Shown: piece by piece, positions 1 to 10,865 of the stretch
Position numbering within the stretch: position 1 is the first letter of the stretch
Layout of the letters: every line of letters begins with the position of its first letter
Origin: Patescibacteria group bacterium
GTDB taxonomy: Bacteria; Patescibacteriota; Microgenomatia; JAMCYU01
Reading direction: 5' to 3'
DNA length: 64,000 nt
Assembly (NCBI GenBank): GCA_023473585.1
Contig: JAMCYU010000004.1
Span: 1,682-65,681 of the forward strand
The notes under the pieces: generated by a model
What the model was told of the DNA's origin: nothing
The model's input: only the letters and a program-made list of their open reading frames with translations
The model's database searches: none
Translations under genes and position numbers: made by a program

Positions 1-32
1 AAATCTTTGGACATAGAATCCAACAGATTATT

Positions 33-893
33 ATGCCAATTTTTGCCATTGCCGAAGGAGATATTATTCCGTTGGGAACAGGATTTATTATTTCTCAAGA
101 CGGATTTATGATAACAGCAAAACATGTTATAGATGAGGTTTTTGAAAAAAGGTTTAAAAGAAGAGACGGAAGTGGAAGGCTTTATAAAAACGTAGAGCCT
201 TATGCGTTATATGTCACTAATGCCAAAAATAAAGACTATCCAGGGAATTTTATCGGTGGTAATTGGCCAATAGACAGAGCATGGTATAAAAACGAATTGG
301 ATATTGCTTATTGTTGGCTTAGACCAGCAATTGTTGATGGACAACCTTTTAAATTTCACTCAAGTTTATCCCTTAGTCCTGGGATACCGAAGATTGGTGA
401 ACATGTATTAGGTTTCGGTTATTATAAAGAACAATCCTTTTTCACAGGTGAAATAATAAAGGGAAGGAAAGTTGTCAGTTATTCTCAAGAAACCGCTTTC
501 ACGCAAGGTTTTGTTAAAGAATCATTTATTCCTCAAAGGGATAATTTTCATATGAATTTTCCATGTTTTCAAACTGATGCAAGATTTGAAGGTGGGATGA
601 GCGGTGGTCCAATCTTCAACGGCTCAACCGGAGGAGTTTGCGGCGTCATTTGTGATTCATTCGGCGAAACTGATGAACACGGCGAATATACCTCGTATGG
701 TTCATTAATTTGGCCGTCATTAGCAATAAACATAGAAACAAAGATGGAAAACGACCCCTCAATTGACAAACTCACAGTTTACGAAATGATTCAGCGCAAA
801 TTTATCAGAGCAGACGATACTTTTAAAAACATTGAGATTGTTAAGAACAAAAACCTCATTTCTATAATACATAAAAATAGCCAGGGTTCTTGA
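33..893 (+). CDS. Trypsin-like serine protease (may start before the window edge)
   Basis: GTGFIIS...TAKHV, ELDIA and GMSGGP triad motifs; frame is open back to the window start. Confidence 0.85.
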   Translation: MPIFAIAEGDIIPLGTGFIISQDGFMITAKHVIDEVFEKRFKRRDGSGRLYKNVEPYALYVTNAKNKDYPGNFIGGNWPIDRAWYKNELDIAYCWLRPAIVDGQPFKFHSSLSLSPGIPKIGEHVLGFGYYKEQSFFTGEIIKGRKVVSYSQETAFTQGFVKESFIPQRDNFHMNFPCFQTDARFEGGMSGGPIFNGSTGGVCGVICDSFGETDEHGEYTSYGSLIWPSLAINIETKMENDPSIDKLTVYEMIQRKFIRADDTFKNIEIVKNKNLISIIHKNSQGS

Positions 894-1043
894 TAAACTT
901 ACCTACCCTTCCCCAGGTTTTTTGTTTATTACCTCTTTATCTTGACTTCGTGGTAAATTCCTGTTAAATTTTCTCTAAAGACTTAAAAAGGAAATAATTC
1001 TTTTGGGGTTATTTGGTTTAGGCTGAAGCTAAAAGATAAGGTT

Positions 1044-2558
1044 CTATCTAAAAGTAATCCCTGGGTCGATGGCCGGATCGAAACTAACTTCGGTTTCTTC
1101 TTTTTTCAAATTATATTTATATATTTTATAGCCGTTGGAAAAAGTTTTTATCGAGATCGGTTTAACCTTGATCTTTACCTGATTTTCAATCCACCAATTT
1201 TCCGTCATATAGGGAAGATCCGGTGGCGGCGGTTGAGCGACCACATAAGTAACCGGCATTTTTTTAAAATAGTGTGCTTTTTTTGGGGAATTCCTGCTTT
1301 GATAATACATGGCGTATTTGCCATCGTAGGCAAACGCATCGGGCGCATAGACGAAATAACCGAATTCGTTTTCTTTCCCCTGAAAGACTGTCTTTGACAT
1401 CTGCTCTAAAAATTTCCAGGAGTAGATGCTCTCCCCAAAGTGCTTAGCGGAGGTGTTTATTTCACTGACGGCGGCTTTTATATTCATGCCCATAATAAAT
1501 AAAAATAATCCGTAGATAATTAATTTATAGCGGGTTGTGATCAGAGAAGCGGCGGCTAATAATAAAAGAGGCGACAAGGGAAAAACGTAAAAATATAAGA
1601 TCGGCCCTTTATCAATAAAACTTAAGACGAAAAAGCCAAAATAAAAATAAAGAACGGAAGTATAAAAAAGTTTATCTTTATTAGCTTTGATCTGAAAGTA
1701 AAGAGCAACCAGAAGGCCAAGGAATAAAAATAAATTAGCCTGACCCAGATTGGTAGTTATAAAATTTACCGTAGAAAAAGCAAAATCCATCCGATTATTA
1801 ATTAAACCTAAATAATTAAAGATTTGATTATTGCTCTTTGGGGAGATAAATTCCAATATCCGGCGAAAAATTAAGAAATCGTGTCTCAAATCAAAAATAA
1901 TAAAATTCGAAAGCATTAAAGGGATGACGGCATAAGCCAAAAGATGATTCAGCTTTTTCTTCTTAATAACGGTCATAAGGATTATCGGGAACGAAAGAAT
2001 AACAATTGGAGTCCCAATCGCAATTTCGATATTGGTTATGGCGCCGATCGTCAATAAAAAAAAGATCAGGAATTTTACTTTCAAAGTCTTTAAGTATTTA
2101 ACAAAAAAATAAAGATAAAGAGGAACAAGAACCATGGCTCCATGGGGATTGATCATAAATTTAGTATAGGAAGCAAAATACAGGGTAGCCCATGAAGTAA
2201 ACACTAAGGCGACTTTTTGTCCAAACAAATCATCGGCCACCAAAAAGCAAATTAAGGTAAAAATAGCCCATAACAAAACCCAGTTCCAACCGACAGTGAT
2301 CGGGTTTCCCTGCCCCAGTGCGAAAGCCGGGTAATTCATATAAAGCCATAACGGACCGTGGAAAAGATTACCGCTGGCTCGGGGCCCGATTAAAACGAAT
2401 TTTTTTTCATCAATTTCACGAAGCAAATTAAAATCCCTGGCACTGTCTGCCTGAAAACTGATATCACCGTGAGAAACATACCAAGAGGCGTAAATAAAGC
2501 TTATTATTAAGACGAAGAAAAAAAGAATTTTTAAGGAATTTGCTTTTAAAAAATTCAT
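1044..2558 (-). CDS. Multi-TM GT-C (PMT/ArnT-like) glycosyltransferase
   Basis: DSARD...LIGP...GPLWLY loop followed by many TM helices. Confidence 0.7.
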   Translation of the reverse strand: MNFLKANSLKILFFFVLIISFIYASWYVSHGDISFQADSARDFNLLREIDEKKFVLIGPRASGNLFHGPLWLYMNYPAFALGQGNPITVGWNWVLLWAIFTLICFLVADDLFGQKVALVFTSWATLYFASYTKFMINPHGAMVLVPLYLYFFVKYLKTLKVKFLIFFLLTIGAITNIEIAIGTPIVILSFPIILMTVIKKKKLNHLLAYAVIPLMLSNFIIFDLRHDFLIFRRILEFISPKSNNQIFNYLGLINNRMDFAFSTVNFITTNLGQANLFLFLGLLVALYFQIKANKDKLFYTSVLYFYFGFFVLSFIDKGPILYFYVFPLSPLLLLAAASLITTRYKLIIYGLFLFIMGMNIKAAVSEINTSAKHFGESIYSWKFLEQMSKTVFQGKENEFGYFVYAPDAFAYDGKYAMYYQSRNSPKKAHYFKKMPVTYVVAQPPPPDLPYMTENWWIENQVKIKVKPISIKTFSNGYKIYKYNLKKEETEVSFDPAIDPGITFR

Positions 2559-2573
2559 AAATTGGTAAACAAA

Positions 2574-3176
2574 TTATATCATGTCAGAAGGAGAAGATAA
2601 TTCCTTAGAGGAGGAAATTCTTTTTATTAATTCATCGTTTTGGTTTCTTTCTTTTGAGGAATACGGGATGACTTCGGAATTTTGACAGTCACTTCGTATT
2701 TTCGCCAACTGTTTTTGTTTTTGACCAATCTTTAATTTATCCACTTTATTGGCCACAATCAGATGATCGATCTTGTATTCCCGGAAGGTTTTGACCATAT
2801 CTAAATCGTAAGGGGTCATTCCGACTTTGGCGTCAATAACAAGAACGACAAGCCTCTTTTTTACCCCCGAATACATGAGATACCACAGGATCATTTTCGC
2901 CAGTTTTTCCCTTCGATCTTGGGAGTGTTTGGCATAGCCGTAGCCGGGAAAATCGACAAAGTAAAAAGAGCCGTTGATCAGGAAAAAATCCATCCTGATG
3001 GTTTTGCCCGGAGACGAGCTTGAACGGGCCAGATTTTTTCGCATCACCAGTGAATTAATGAGAGTGGATTTGCCGGTATTTGATCTTCCCATTAAAGCGA
3101 CCTGGAATTTCCCATCATATAAGATTTCGTCGGTCCCGCTAATGCCCTTGACAAAAACGGCTGATTTTATTTTCAT
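2574..3176 (-). CDS. engB: Ribosome biogenesis GTPase YihA/YsxC
   Basis: GRSNTGKS, PGKT, DFPGYG and NKVD motifs. Confidence 0.95.
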   Translation of the reverse strand: MKIKSAVFVKGISGTDEILYDGKFQVALMGRSNTGKSTLINSLVMRKNLARSSSSPGKTIRMDFFLINGSFYFVDFPGYGYAKHSQDRREKLAKMILWYLMYSGVKKRLVVLVIDAKVGMTPYDLDMVKTFREYKIDHLIVANKVDKLKIGQKQKQLAKIRSDCQNSEVIPYSSKERNQNDELIKRISSSKELSSPSDMI

Positions 3177-3224
3177 CTTTGGAGATTATAACATTTTCTT
3201 CATTTGTGATAGAATGACTTATTC

Positions 3225-3284
3225 ATGAAAAAATTGTTGGCCAAAATCAAAGCTTTAATCGAAAATTTTATCATTAAGTACTAG
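3225..3284 (+). promoter_or_regulatory. Putative Ile-containing leader peptide of ileS (MKKLLAKIKALIENFIIKY)
   Basis: 19-aa ORF just after TG-n-TAGAAT (3207-3215); 4 Ile codons; terminator follows. Confidence 0.5.
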
Positions 3285-3315
3285 AAGCTGCGGCTTGAAA
3301 AACCGCAACTTTATG

Positions 3316-3345
3316 AATCGTCCTTTAACTAGAGGACGATTTTTT
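3316..3345 (+). terminator. Intrinsic terminator-like hairpin in the ileS leader
   Basis: AATCGTCCTTT-AACT-AGAGGACGATT then a T run, 18 nt before the ileS ATG. Confidence 0.65.
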
Positions 3346-3363
3346 GTACAATAAGGGAAGATC

Positions 3364-6183
3364 ATGTTTAAAAGTGTTTCGTCAAAAGTTAATTTCCCCA
3401 AGCTTGAGGAAGAAATTCTTGAGTTTTGGCAGGAAAACCAAATTTTTGAAAAATCCATAAAGCTTCGGCCGGAAAACAAAACCTGGACTTTTTTGGACGG
3501 TCCGCCTTTTATTACCGGCTTGCCCCACTACGGCAGTTTACTTTCCAGTATCCCCAAAGATGTTTTCCCCCGTTATTGGACGATGAAAGGCTATCGGGTA
3601 AGAAGGGTTTGGGGCTGGGATTGTCACGGTTTGCCGGCGGAAAATAAAGTCGAAGAGAAATTAAAGATTAAAAGAAAACGGGACATTGAAGAAAAAGTCG
3701 GGGTCAAAAAATTCATTGACGAGTGCAAAAGTTATGTTCAAAATGTTTCTCATGATTGGGAATGGTACGTTGACCATATCGGCCGCTGGGTTGATTTTCG
3801 TCATGCCTATAAGACCATGGATTTGTCATACATGGAAACGGTGATGTGGGTTTTTCAGCAAATGTATAAGAAGGGTTATGTCTATAAGGGCTTGCGCATT
3901 TCTTTATATTGTCCTCATTGCGTGACGCCGATTTCCAATTTTGAAGTCGCCATGGATGCCGATAATTACAAAGACCTTACTGAACCAACCGCGGTTTTCA
4001 AATACGAGTTGCAAGATCAAAAAGACACCTATTTTTTAGCCTGGTCAACGACACCCTGGAATAAAATTGCGACCATGGCTTTGGCCGTTAACCCAAAACT
4101 TAAATACGTTAAGGTTAAACAGGGTCAGGAAAAATATATTCTGGCCAAAGAGACAATGGCGATTTTGAAGGATGAGACCTACGAAATTCTTGAAGAGTTT
4201 GAGGGCACCAAGCTTCTTGAGCAAAAATTTGTGCCGCATTACGATTTTTATCCCATCAAAAAAGACAAAAAAGCTTTTCTGGTTTTGGGCGGGGATTTTG
4301 TGACGGCGAATGAGGGGACGGGCATTGTGACGATTGCCGCTTACGGCGAGGAAGACTTAAGCCTTATGCTTAAGGAGAACGTCCAAATTGTTCTGCATGT
4401 TGACGAGGAAGGGATCGTGAAAAAAGAGGTGCCGAAATGGGCCGGGAGGTACTACTTGGACGTTGATCCTTTGGTCGTTGAAGATCTAAAATCCCGAAAT
4501 CTTATCTATCGCGTTGACCATTATACTCATAGTATCCCAACGTGTTGGCGCTGTCACACGCGTCTTCTTTATGTTCCCCAAAACGCCTGGTATGTCAACA
4601 TCGCGAAACTTAAAGGCAGGATGAAAAAAACCAATGAGTCGGTTAACTGGTTTCCGAAGCATTTTAAGTACGGCCGTTATCTTAAGAGTTTAGAAATGGC
4701 TCCTGACTGGTGTATTTCCCGGAGCCGTTATTGGGGTTCGCCGGTGCCTGTCTGGGAATGCGTTTGCGGGGAGCGTTTTGTTCCCGGTTCGATTGCCGAA
4801 CTGGAAAAAGCTTCGGGCGTTAAAATCAAAGACCTTCATAAACCCTTAATTGACGAAGTTACCGTTCCCTGTCAAAAATGCGGTCAAAAAGCCAAGCGCG
4901 TGCCCGAGGTTTTGGACAGCTGGATTGAAGCCGGGTCAGCCTCTTTTGCCGAGCGTCATTATCCTTTTAACAAAGAGATTAAACTGGAGGATTTTTTCCC
5001 GCCGGATTTTATTGTTGAATATACCGGTCAAATAAGAGCCTGGTTTTACGTTCTCCATGTCATCGCCACGGCTCTTTTTGATTCTGTGGCCTTTAAAAAT
5101 GTCGTTGTCACCGGCGTTATTTTAGGGACCGACGGCCGGAAAATGAGTAAAAACTACGGTAATTATCCTGACCCTAAAGAAATGCTGACGAATTTCGGGG
5201 CAGACGCCCTGCGTTTGTATCTTATGGGCAGTCCGGTTATGAAAGGCGAGGATATCAGAATTTCCGCGGAAGAATATCGGGATCAAGTCCGGGGTTTAAT
5301 GCTGATTTTATGGAATGTTTACAGCTTTTTTATAAGTTATGCCAATCTTGACAAGTGGTTTCCTGTAAAAACAAAATTTTCCGTAAAAGCTGATAATGTT
5401 TTAGACCAGTGGATTCTTCGTCTTCTTAATAGTTTAATCAGTAATCTAACCAAGGATTTGGAATCATACAACACTGTTTCGGCGGTTCACGAAATTGAAA
5501 TTTTTGTCGCTAACCTTTCGACCTGGTATTTAAGGCGTTCAAGGGACAGAGTCGGCCCTGCGGCTCATGAAAAAGACGATAAAAGGGCTTTTTACGAAAC
5601 TCTTTATGAAGTCTTGGTGACTTTAGCCAAATTAATGGCTCCTCTGACGCCCTTTTTAGCTGAAGAGATCTATAAGAATTTAACCGGGGAGGAGTCGGTT
5701 CATTTAAAAGACTGGCCCTCCTTCGCTCAAGCTTCGGAAGGGCAAGCCCCATTGATTTCTAATATGGACTTGGTCCGGAAGATTTGTGAATTGGGACACG
5801 CCGAAAGAAAAAAGCTGGGGATTAAAGTGAGACAGCCGCTTGGCCAATGCCAAGTCGTAGATGCCGAATTGCCGATCGCCGGTGATTTACAGCAACTTAT
5901 CAGGGACGAATTGAACGTTAAAGAGATTGTCATCAAGGTCGGCAAGGGGGAATTAAGAGTCGAGTTAGATTCAGAAATAACCCCGGAACTTAAGGCCGAA
6001 GGAGAAGCCAGGGATTTTATCCGCCAAATTCAGGAATTAAGAAAGGAAAAAAATTGCCGGATTGATGAAGAAATCACCATTTATGCTCCGTCATGGCCGA
6101 AAGAATACGAAGCTTATATTAAAGAGCAAACTTTAGCGAAAAAAATCGTATGCTCAGAATTTTTAAAAATCTCGACTGGTTAA
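3364..6183 (+). CDS. ileS: Isoleucyl-tRNA synthetase (type 2-like)
   Basis: DGPPF...HYG, GWDCHGLP, WCISR and KMSKN motifs. Confidence 0.95.
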   Translation: MFKSVSSKVNFPKLEEEILEFWQENQIFEKSIKLRPENKTWTFLDGPPFITGLPHYGSLLSSIPKDVFPRYWTMKGYRVRRVWGWDCHGLPAENKVEEKLKIKRKRDIEEKVGVKKFIDECKSYVQNVSHDWEWYVDHIGRWVDFRHAYKTMDLSYMETVMWVFQQMYKKGYVYKGLRISLYCPHCVTPISNFEVAMDADNYKDLTEPTAVFKYELQDQKDTYFLAWSTTPWNKIATMALAVNPKLKYVKVKQGQEKYILAKETMAILKDETYEILEEFEGTKLLEQKFVPHYDFYPIKKDKKAFLVLGGDFVTANEGTGIVTIAAYGEEDLSLMLKENVQIVLHVDEEGIVKKEVPKWAGRYYLDVDPLVVEDLKSRNLIYRVDHYTHSIPTCWRCHTRLLYVPQNAWYVNIAKLKGRMKKTNESVNWFPKHFKYGRYLKSLEMAPDWCISRSRYWGSPVPVWECVCGERFVPGSIAELEKASGVKIKDLHKPLIDEVTVPCQKCGQKAKRVPEVLDSWIEAGSASFAERHYPFNKEIKLEDFFPPDFIVEYTGQIRAWFYVLHVIATALFDSVAFKNVVVTGVILGTDGRKMSKNYGNYPDPKEMLTNFGADALRLYLMGSPVMKGEDIRISAEEYRDQVRGLMLILWNVYSFFISYANLDKWFPVKTKFSVKADNVLDQWILRLLNSLISNLTKDLESYNTVSAVHEIEIFVANLSTWYLRRSRDRVGPAAHEKDDKRAFYETLYEVLVTLAKLMAPLTPFLAEEIYKNLTGEESVHLKDWPSFAQASEGQAPLISNMDLVRKICELGHAERKKLGIKVRQPLGQCQVVDAELPIAGDLQQLIRDELNVKEIVIKVGKGELRVELDSEITPELKAEGEARDFIRQIQELRKEKNCRIDEEITIYAPSWPKEYEAYIKEQTLAKKIVCSEFLKISTG

Positions 6184-7253
6184 TTTTTCTGCCGATCATT
6201 TTTTTGGGAGGTTTTTCCTTAAGTCTTTTAGCCTCTCCGGGAGAGAATCTTTTTCTTTCGCAATTGGTTTTTTTCGTTGTCGGGCTTTTCTTTTTTTTCC
6301 TTTTTTCGCAAATTGATTGGCAGCTCTATAAGAGCCTTTCTAATCTTCTTTATCTTTTATCCCTGTTTTTGTTGCTGATAACCTTTTTGGGGCCGCAAGT
6401 TCGGGGAGCGACCCGTTGGATTGATCTTTTTGGTTTTCGTTGGCAGCCTTCGGAAATGATTAAACCTTTAATGGCGGTTGTGATCGCTAATTTTTTTGCC
6501 GAGAACGAACCGCGCGATCTAAAAACCATTTTTTGGGGTTTATTATTTTTAGTGCCCCCGCTTTTTTTTATTTTTCGCCAACCCGATTTGGGGAATGCGA
6601 TTATCTTGTCGGGAGTTTGGCTGGGGATTGTCTACTCGGCCGGTCTTCCCTTTCATTTAGGCTTATTGGGGCTTTTTACCTTTTTTTTCTTTCTGCCTTT
6701 TGGTTGGTTTATCTTAAGAGATTATCAGAAAGCCAGGATTGTGCATTTTTTAAATCCGTTTTTGGATCCCGGCGGGGCAGGGTACAACAGTATTCAGGCG
6801 ATGATTGCCGTAGGCAGCGGTCAATTTTTCGGCCGGGGATTGGGTCAGGGAACACAATCACATCTTTTATTTTTACCGGAATACCACACTGATTTTATTT
6901 TTGCCTCTCTGGTTGAGGAGTTAGGCTTTATCGGCGGGTTCTTGGTGATTTTAGCTTACGCTGTTTTACTTTTCAGAATTTTACAAATTGCCAGGCAGAT
7001 TCATGATCCTTTCGCCTCCCTGCTTTTGGTCGGTATTTTTTCCCAGATTGCCCTGCAGGTTTTTATCAATATCGGCATGAATCTAGGGATTATTCCGATT
7101 ACCGGGATTACACTCCCGCTTTTATCTTATGGGGGCAGTTCGGTTCTTTCCATGATGATAACTTTGGGGATTGTCGCTAATGTTTCCAAAAGCATCAGGA
7201 AAAATCGCGCTCTTGATATTTTACCCTCTCTTCGATATAATGAGCTATCCTAA
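6150..7253 (+). CDS. rodA: SEDS protein RodA
   Basis: GATRW, QPSE, QPDLG, LPEYHTDFIF and LSYGGSS motifs. Confidence 0.9.
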   Translation: MLRIFKNLDWLIFLPIIFLGGFSLSLLASPGENLFLSQLVFFVVGLFFFFLFSQIDWQLYKSLSNLLYLLSLFLLLITFLGPQVRGATRWIDLFGFRWQPSEMIKPLMAVVIANFFAENEPRDLKTIFWGLLFLVPPLFFIFRQPDLGNAIILSGVWLGIVYSAGLPFHLGLLGLFTFFFFLPFGWFILRDYQKARIVHFLNPFLDPGGAGYNSIQAMIAVGSGQFFGRGLGQGTQSHLLFLPEYHTDFIFASLVEELGFIGGFLVILAYAVLLFRILQIARQIHDPFASLLLVGIFSQIALQVFINIGMNLGIIPITGITLPLLSYGGSSVLSMMITLGIVANVSKSIRKNRALDILPSLRYNELS

Positions 7254-7274
7254 AAAGGAGTCAAAGCTTATCTT

Positions 7275-7643
7275 ATGTATGCAGTTATCAAAACCGGCGG
7301 CAAACAATATAAGGTTTCTGAAGGCGAAATCTTAGAAATTGATAAAATTGAAGGTAAGAAAGATCAAAAAATTGATTTTAGCGACGTTTTGCTCGTTGCG
7401 GACGGCGACAAAGTCGAAATTGGTCAACCAATGGTTCCGGAAGCGAAAGTGACGGCGAAAATTATCGATCAGGTTCAGGGAGAAAAAATTCGGGTGGCCC
7501 GCTTTAAATCAAAAGTCAGATACCGAAAAGTCAAAGGTTTTCGTGCTCAATTAACCAAAGTTCAAATCGAAAAGATCGAGACTTCAAAAGCGCAAAAGAC
7601 CAGCGACCGACCACGGAAAAAATCCAGCAAAAAGAATGGCTGA
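7275..7643 (+). CDS. rplU: 50S ribosomal protein L21
   Basis: MYAVIKTGGKQYKV. Confidence 0.97.
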   Translation: MYAVIKTGGKQYKVSEGEILEIDKIEGKKDQKIDFSDVLLVADGDKVEIGQPMVPEAKVTAKIIDQVQGEKIRVARFKSKVRYRKVKGFRAQLTKVQIEKIETSKAQKTSDRPRKKSSKKNG

Positions 7644-8811
7644 ATACATTTTTGTTCTTGGGAGAACCGGCGATCTTTGTCGTTGGGAGTTGGTCAGTGT
7701 TCTCGCCAGAAAGAAAATCTCCTACCAGACGATTTTCTCGTCTTCGGACATTTTTCATCTTTCCACCACCACACCTCTTGATTTAGGGGTACTTATGGGG
7801 ATACTTGGGGGAACGGTTAAAATTGCCGAAGTCTTCGGTAAAATTGAAAATTCTAACGAGAACTCTTTGATTGACAAAATAATCTCTCATTTTCAAGAAA
7901 CGGAAGAAAGGAAAATTATTTTTGGTTTAAGCGGCTATCAGACTGTCAGCTTTCATGTTTTAAAACAATGGAACAAAAGCGTTAAGGAAGGATTGGAAGA
8001 ATTAAATTTAATAGCTAGATATCTTTTGCCTACCGAGGGGACAACTCTTTCTTCGGTGGTTCTGAAGAAACAAAAAGCCAGAGAAATTCTTGTGGTTGGG
8101 GAGGGCGAAAATTTTGTTTTGGCCCAAACTTTGGCGATTACGGATTTTGAAGATTGGGGGAAGAGGGATTTCGGCCGGCCCGCCGTTGATCCCGGCCACG
8201 GCATGTTGCCTCTTAAGGTGGCCCGGATGATGATTAATCTGGGCGGCTCGGAATTTCACGTTCCGAATTCGGAATTATCCCTTCTTGATCCCTTTTGCGG
8301 GGTAGGGACGATTTTACAAGAAGCCATGTTTTTGGGCTTTAAAGTTTTAGGCAGCGATCAAAGTCGAGAAGCTTTGGAAAAAACAAGAAAAAACCTCGAT
8401 TTTTTAAAAAATAATTTTAAACTTCAAAATCCAAACGATCAGCTTTTTCAACTGGAAGCGACCCAATTAACTCAAAAAATACCGAAAGAGTCAATTGACC
8501 TTATTGTTACCGAGCCTTATTTGGGACCGATGGAGGGGGAAACTCAAAACCTAAAAAATATCATTTTGGGTTTAGAAAAACTTTATCTTGGTTGTTTCCG
8601 CGAGTGGCTGTCCCTTTTGACAAATGATGGCAAAATCGTCATCGCTTTGCCTTCTTTTAAAGTCGGCAACCAGCAAATTTTCGTGAAAAAACCCATTGAC
8701 ATCTGTGAAACCTTGGGCTATACTCTTTTCGCCGGACCGTATCCGTATAGTCGGCCACAGGCTAGAGTTATTAGAAATATTTATATCTTAAAAAAACATG
8801 GCTCACATTAA
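7636..8811 (+). CDS. SAM-dependent RNA methyltransferase, Trm11/UPF0020-like
   Basis: [22 protein letters not shown] and IVTEPYLG motifs. Confidence 0.8.
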   Translation: MAEYIFVLGRTGDLCRWELVSVLARKKISYQTIFSSSDIFHLSTTTPLDLGVLMGILGGTVKIAEVFGKIENSNENSLIDKIISHFQETEERKIIFGLSGYQTVSFHVLKQWNKSVKEGLEELNLIARYLLPTEGTTLSSVVLKKQKAREILVVGEGENFVLAQTLAITDFEDWGKRDFGRPAVDPGHGMLPLKVARMMINLGGSEFHVPNSELSLLDPFCGVGTILQEAMFLGFKVLGSDQSREALEKTRKNLDFLKNNFKLQNPNDQLFQLEATQLTQKIPKESIDLIVTEPYLGPMEGETQNLKNIILGLEKLYLGCFREWLSLLTNDGKIVIALPSFKVGNQQIFVKKPIDICETLGYTLFAGPYPYSRPQARVIRNIYILKKHGSH

Positions 8812-9043
8812 ATCAGGCGGCACAACTAAAGGTAATCGTGATTCAATCGCCAAACGTTTGGGCGTTAAGGTTTATGCCGGCGAAAAAGTCATTTCCGGAA
8901 ACATCATCGTGAGACAAAGAGGCACCAGATTTCATCCGGGAGAAGGCGTTGACATGGGTAAAGATCATACTATTTTTGCCGTCAAAGAAGGCACGGTTAA
9001 ATTTACACAAAAAAACGAAGACAAGTTTATTTCCGTAGTTTAA
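8798..9043 (+). CDS. rpmA: 50S ribosomal protein L27
   Basis: RDS..KRLGVK and IIVRQRGT motifs. Confidence 0.97.
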   Translation: MAHIKSGGTTKGNRDSIAKRLGVKVYAGEKVISGNIIVRQRGTRFHPGEGVDMGKDHTIFAVKEGTVKFTQKNEDKFISVV

Positions 9044-9060
9044 AGAAAGAGAAGTAATTT

Positions 9061-9873
9061 ATGGCCGACGAACCGACTACCGAACTGGAAATTAATCTTT
9101 TGGAACCAAATCCTCTTCAGGCGCGCGCTGTTTTTACGCAAGAATCTTTGGAAGAATTAAGCAGTTCGATTAAAGAGCACGGCGTTTTGGAACCCATAAT
9201 CGTGGCTAAAACCCCAGCCGGTTATCAGATTATTGCCGGTGAAAGACGCTGGCGGGCCTCGAAATTAGCCGGTTTAAAAAAAGTCCCCGTGGTTATTAAA
9301 GAAACGACCAGCAAAGGGATGCTCGAGATGGCTTTGGTTGAAAACGTGCAACGAGAAGACTTAAATCCGATTGACCGAGGTCAAGCCTTTCAAAGGTTAA
9401 TTGATGAATTCGGCTTGCCGGTTTCGGAAGTCGCCAAGAGAATCGGGAAGAGCGAATCCTATGTTTCCAACACGATGAGACTTCTGAATTTGCCCGACGC
9501 GATTAAGGATGGTTTAATTTCCGGAGCAACGACCGAAGGACACGCGCGAGCGATCTCCGGTTTGGGCGAGACGAAATTAATGGTTGAGGCTTACAAGATT
9601 TTATTGTCGGAAAACGCTTCGGTTCGAAGAGCCGAAGAATTGGCTCGAAAAATGAAGGCCCAAAATTCTCAAGGTCCACGGGGAGTGACGGCCAAGATTT
9701 ACAGCGATGAATTAGAAAAAATGGAACAGGACATTACCGCCAAAATTGACGGAAAAACCAAAGTGAAAATTACGCAATCAAGCACCAGTGCCCGGTTGGT
9801 TATTGTGATCACCGAAAACAGAGTTAAAACAACGGAGCTTCTTCGGGATATTCACCGGAAATTAACTTCTTAA
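9061..9873 (+). CDS. parB: ParB/Spo0J partition protein
   Basis: IIAGERRWRA, ENVQREDL and HTH. Confidence 0.95.
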   Translation: MADEPTTELEINLLEPNPLQARAVFTQESLEELSSSIKEHGVLEPIIVAKTPAGYQIIAGERRWRASKLAGLKKVPVVIKETTSKGMLEMALVENVQREDLNPIDRGQAFQRLIDEFGLPVSEVAKRIGKSESYVSNTMRLLNLPDAIKDGLISGATTEGHARAISGLGETKLMVEAYKILLSENASVRRAEELARKMKAQNSQGPRGVTAKIYSDELEKMEQDITAKIDGKTKVKITQSSTSARLVIVITENRVKTTELLRDIHRKLTS

Positions 9874-10424
9874 TACTTAACGTTGGCCAAAATTCCTAAA
9901 TTCGGTGGAGGCCAATATTTGAGCCAGGCTTTGCCGATAATGTCTTCCCGAACCACGGTTCCCCAGTCCCGAGAGTCGGAACTGTAAGGGCGGTTATCGC
10001 CTAAGCAAAAATATTCGTTTTCGCCGACCGTATATTCTTTACCTTCCGGTAAAAAGGAGCCGGGAGAAGTGATCCTTCCTTGAAGATAATCTTCTTTAAG
10101 TTGTTGGCCGTTTATAAAAACTTTGCCGTTAGTAATTCTGATCTTATCTTTGGGTAAGCCGATAATTCTTTTAATGTAATCTAATTCACGATTTTTAGGC
10201 GCCCGAAAGATAACAATATCGCCCCGTTTTGGGGGACTGAAACGATAAGAGATTTTATCGGTTAAAATATATTCGGCGTCGTGAAAATTGGGTTCCATCG
10301 AGCTTCCCTTGACCTGGTGCGGTTGAAAAAAGAAAAGGTAGCCGACGACGAAAATCGCCATGGCGACGACGAAAATCTCGATTAAATCAAAAAAGAAGGT
10401 CGTGAATTTTTTTATAAGCTCCAT
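9870..10424 (-). CDS. lepB: Signal peptidase I
   Basis: SMEP, YIKRIIG and GDNR..S.DSR motifs. Confidence 0.95.
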   Translation of the reverse strand: MELIKKFTTFFFDLIEIFVVAMAIFVVGYLFFFQPHQVKGSSMEPNFHDAEYILTDKISYRFSPPKRGDIVIFRAPKNRELDYIKRIIGLPKDKIRITNGKVFINGQQLKEDYLQGRITSPGSFLPEGKEYTVGENEYFCLGDNRPYSSDSRDWGTVVREDIIGKAWLKYWPPPNLGILANVKY

Positions 10425-10483
10425 AATTTATAGTATAATAAAGGATAAGTTATTCTGCAAGAGTTTATTGAGGAAGTTTTTCT

Positions 10484-10555
10484 GGGTGGTTAGCTCAGCG
10501 GTAGAGCGCTACGTTCACATCGTAGAAGTCAATGGTTCGAATCCATTACCACCCA
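10484..10555 (+). tRNA. tRNA-Val(CAC)
   Basis: GGGTGGT/ACCACCC acceptor; CTACG-TTCACAT-CGTAG anticodon arm; TTCGAAT T-loop. Confidence 0.95.
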
Positions 10556-10746
10556 CTAATTTATTTTCTTGTCTCCGGATGGATCTTACGGCCATTTTGC
10601 TTTTGAACAAAAACTGTTTCTTTTAAAGGCTTGCTGGGCGGCTTTACTCCCGGCCTTTTTTCATGATTAGACATTTTTTCCTTTCCGGACAGAATTAGAT
10701 GATTGTAGTCCATTATGATTAATAGTCAAGGGGAATTTTTTAATTT

Positions 10747-10774
10747 TGATACCATGATTTAAATCATAGTATCA
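10747..10774. repeat. 28-bp palindrome, copy 1
   Basis: TGATACCATGA-TTTAAA-TCATAGTATCA. Confidence 0.9.
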
Positions 10775-10865
10775 GGAGAAGGAATATTTTTGACAAACAA
10801 TGATTTAGTGCTATAATACAACCCAAACACAAGACTTTTTAATTAACCGATTTATAAAAACAATT

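Noticed and set aside
3177-3363. T-box riboswitch before ileS
   Set aside because: No GGTGGNACC T-box motif, and the leader is short for stem I
10561-10713. 50-aa minus-strand ORF convergent with tRNA-Val
   Set aside because: Possible but no recognisable motif; insufficient support
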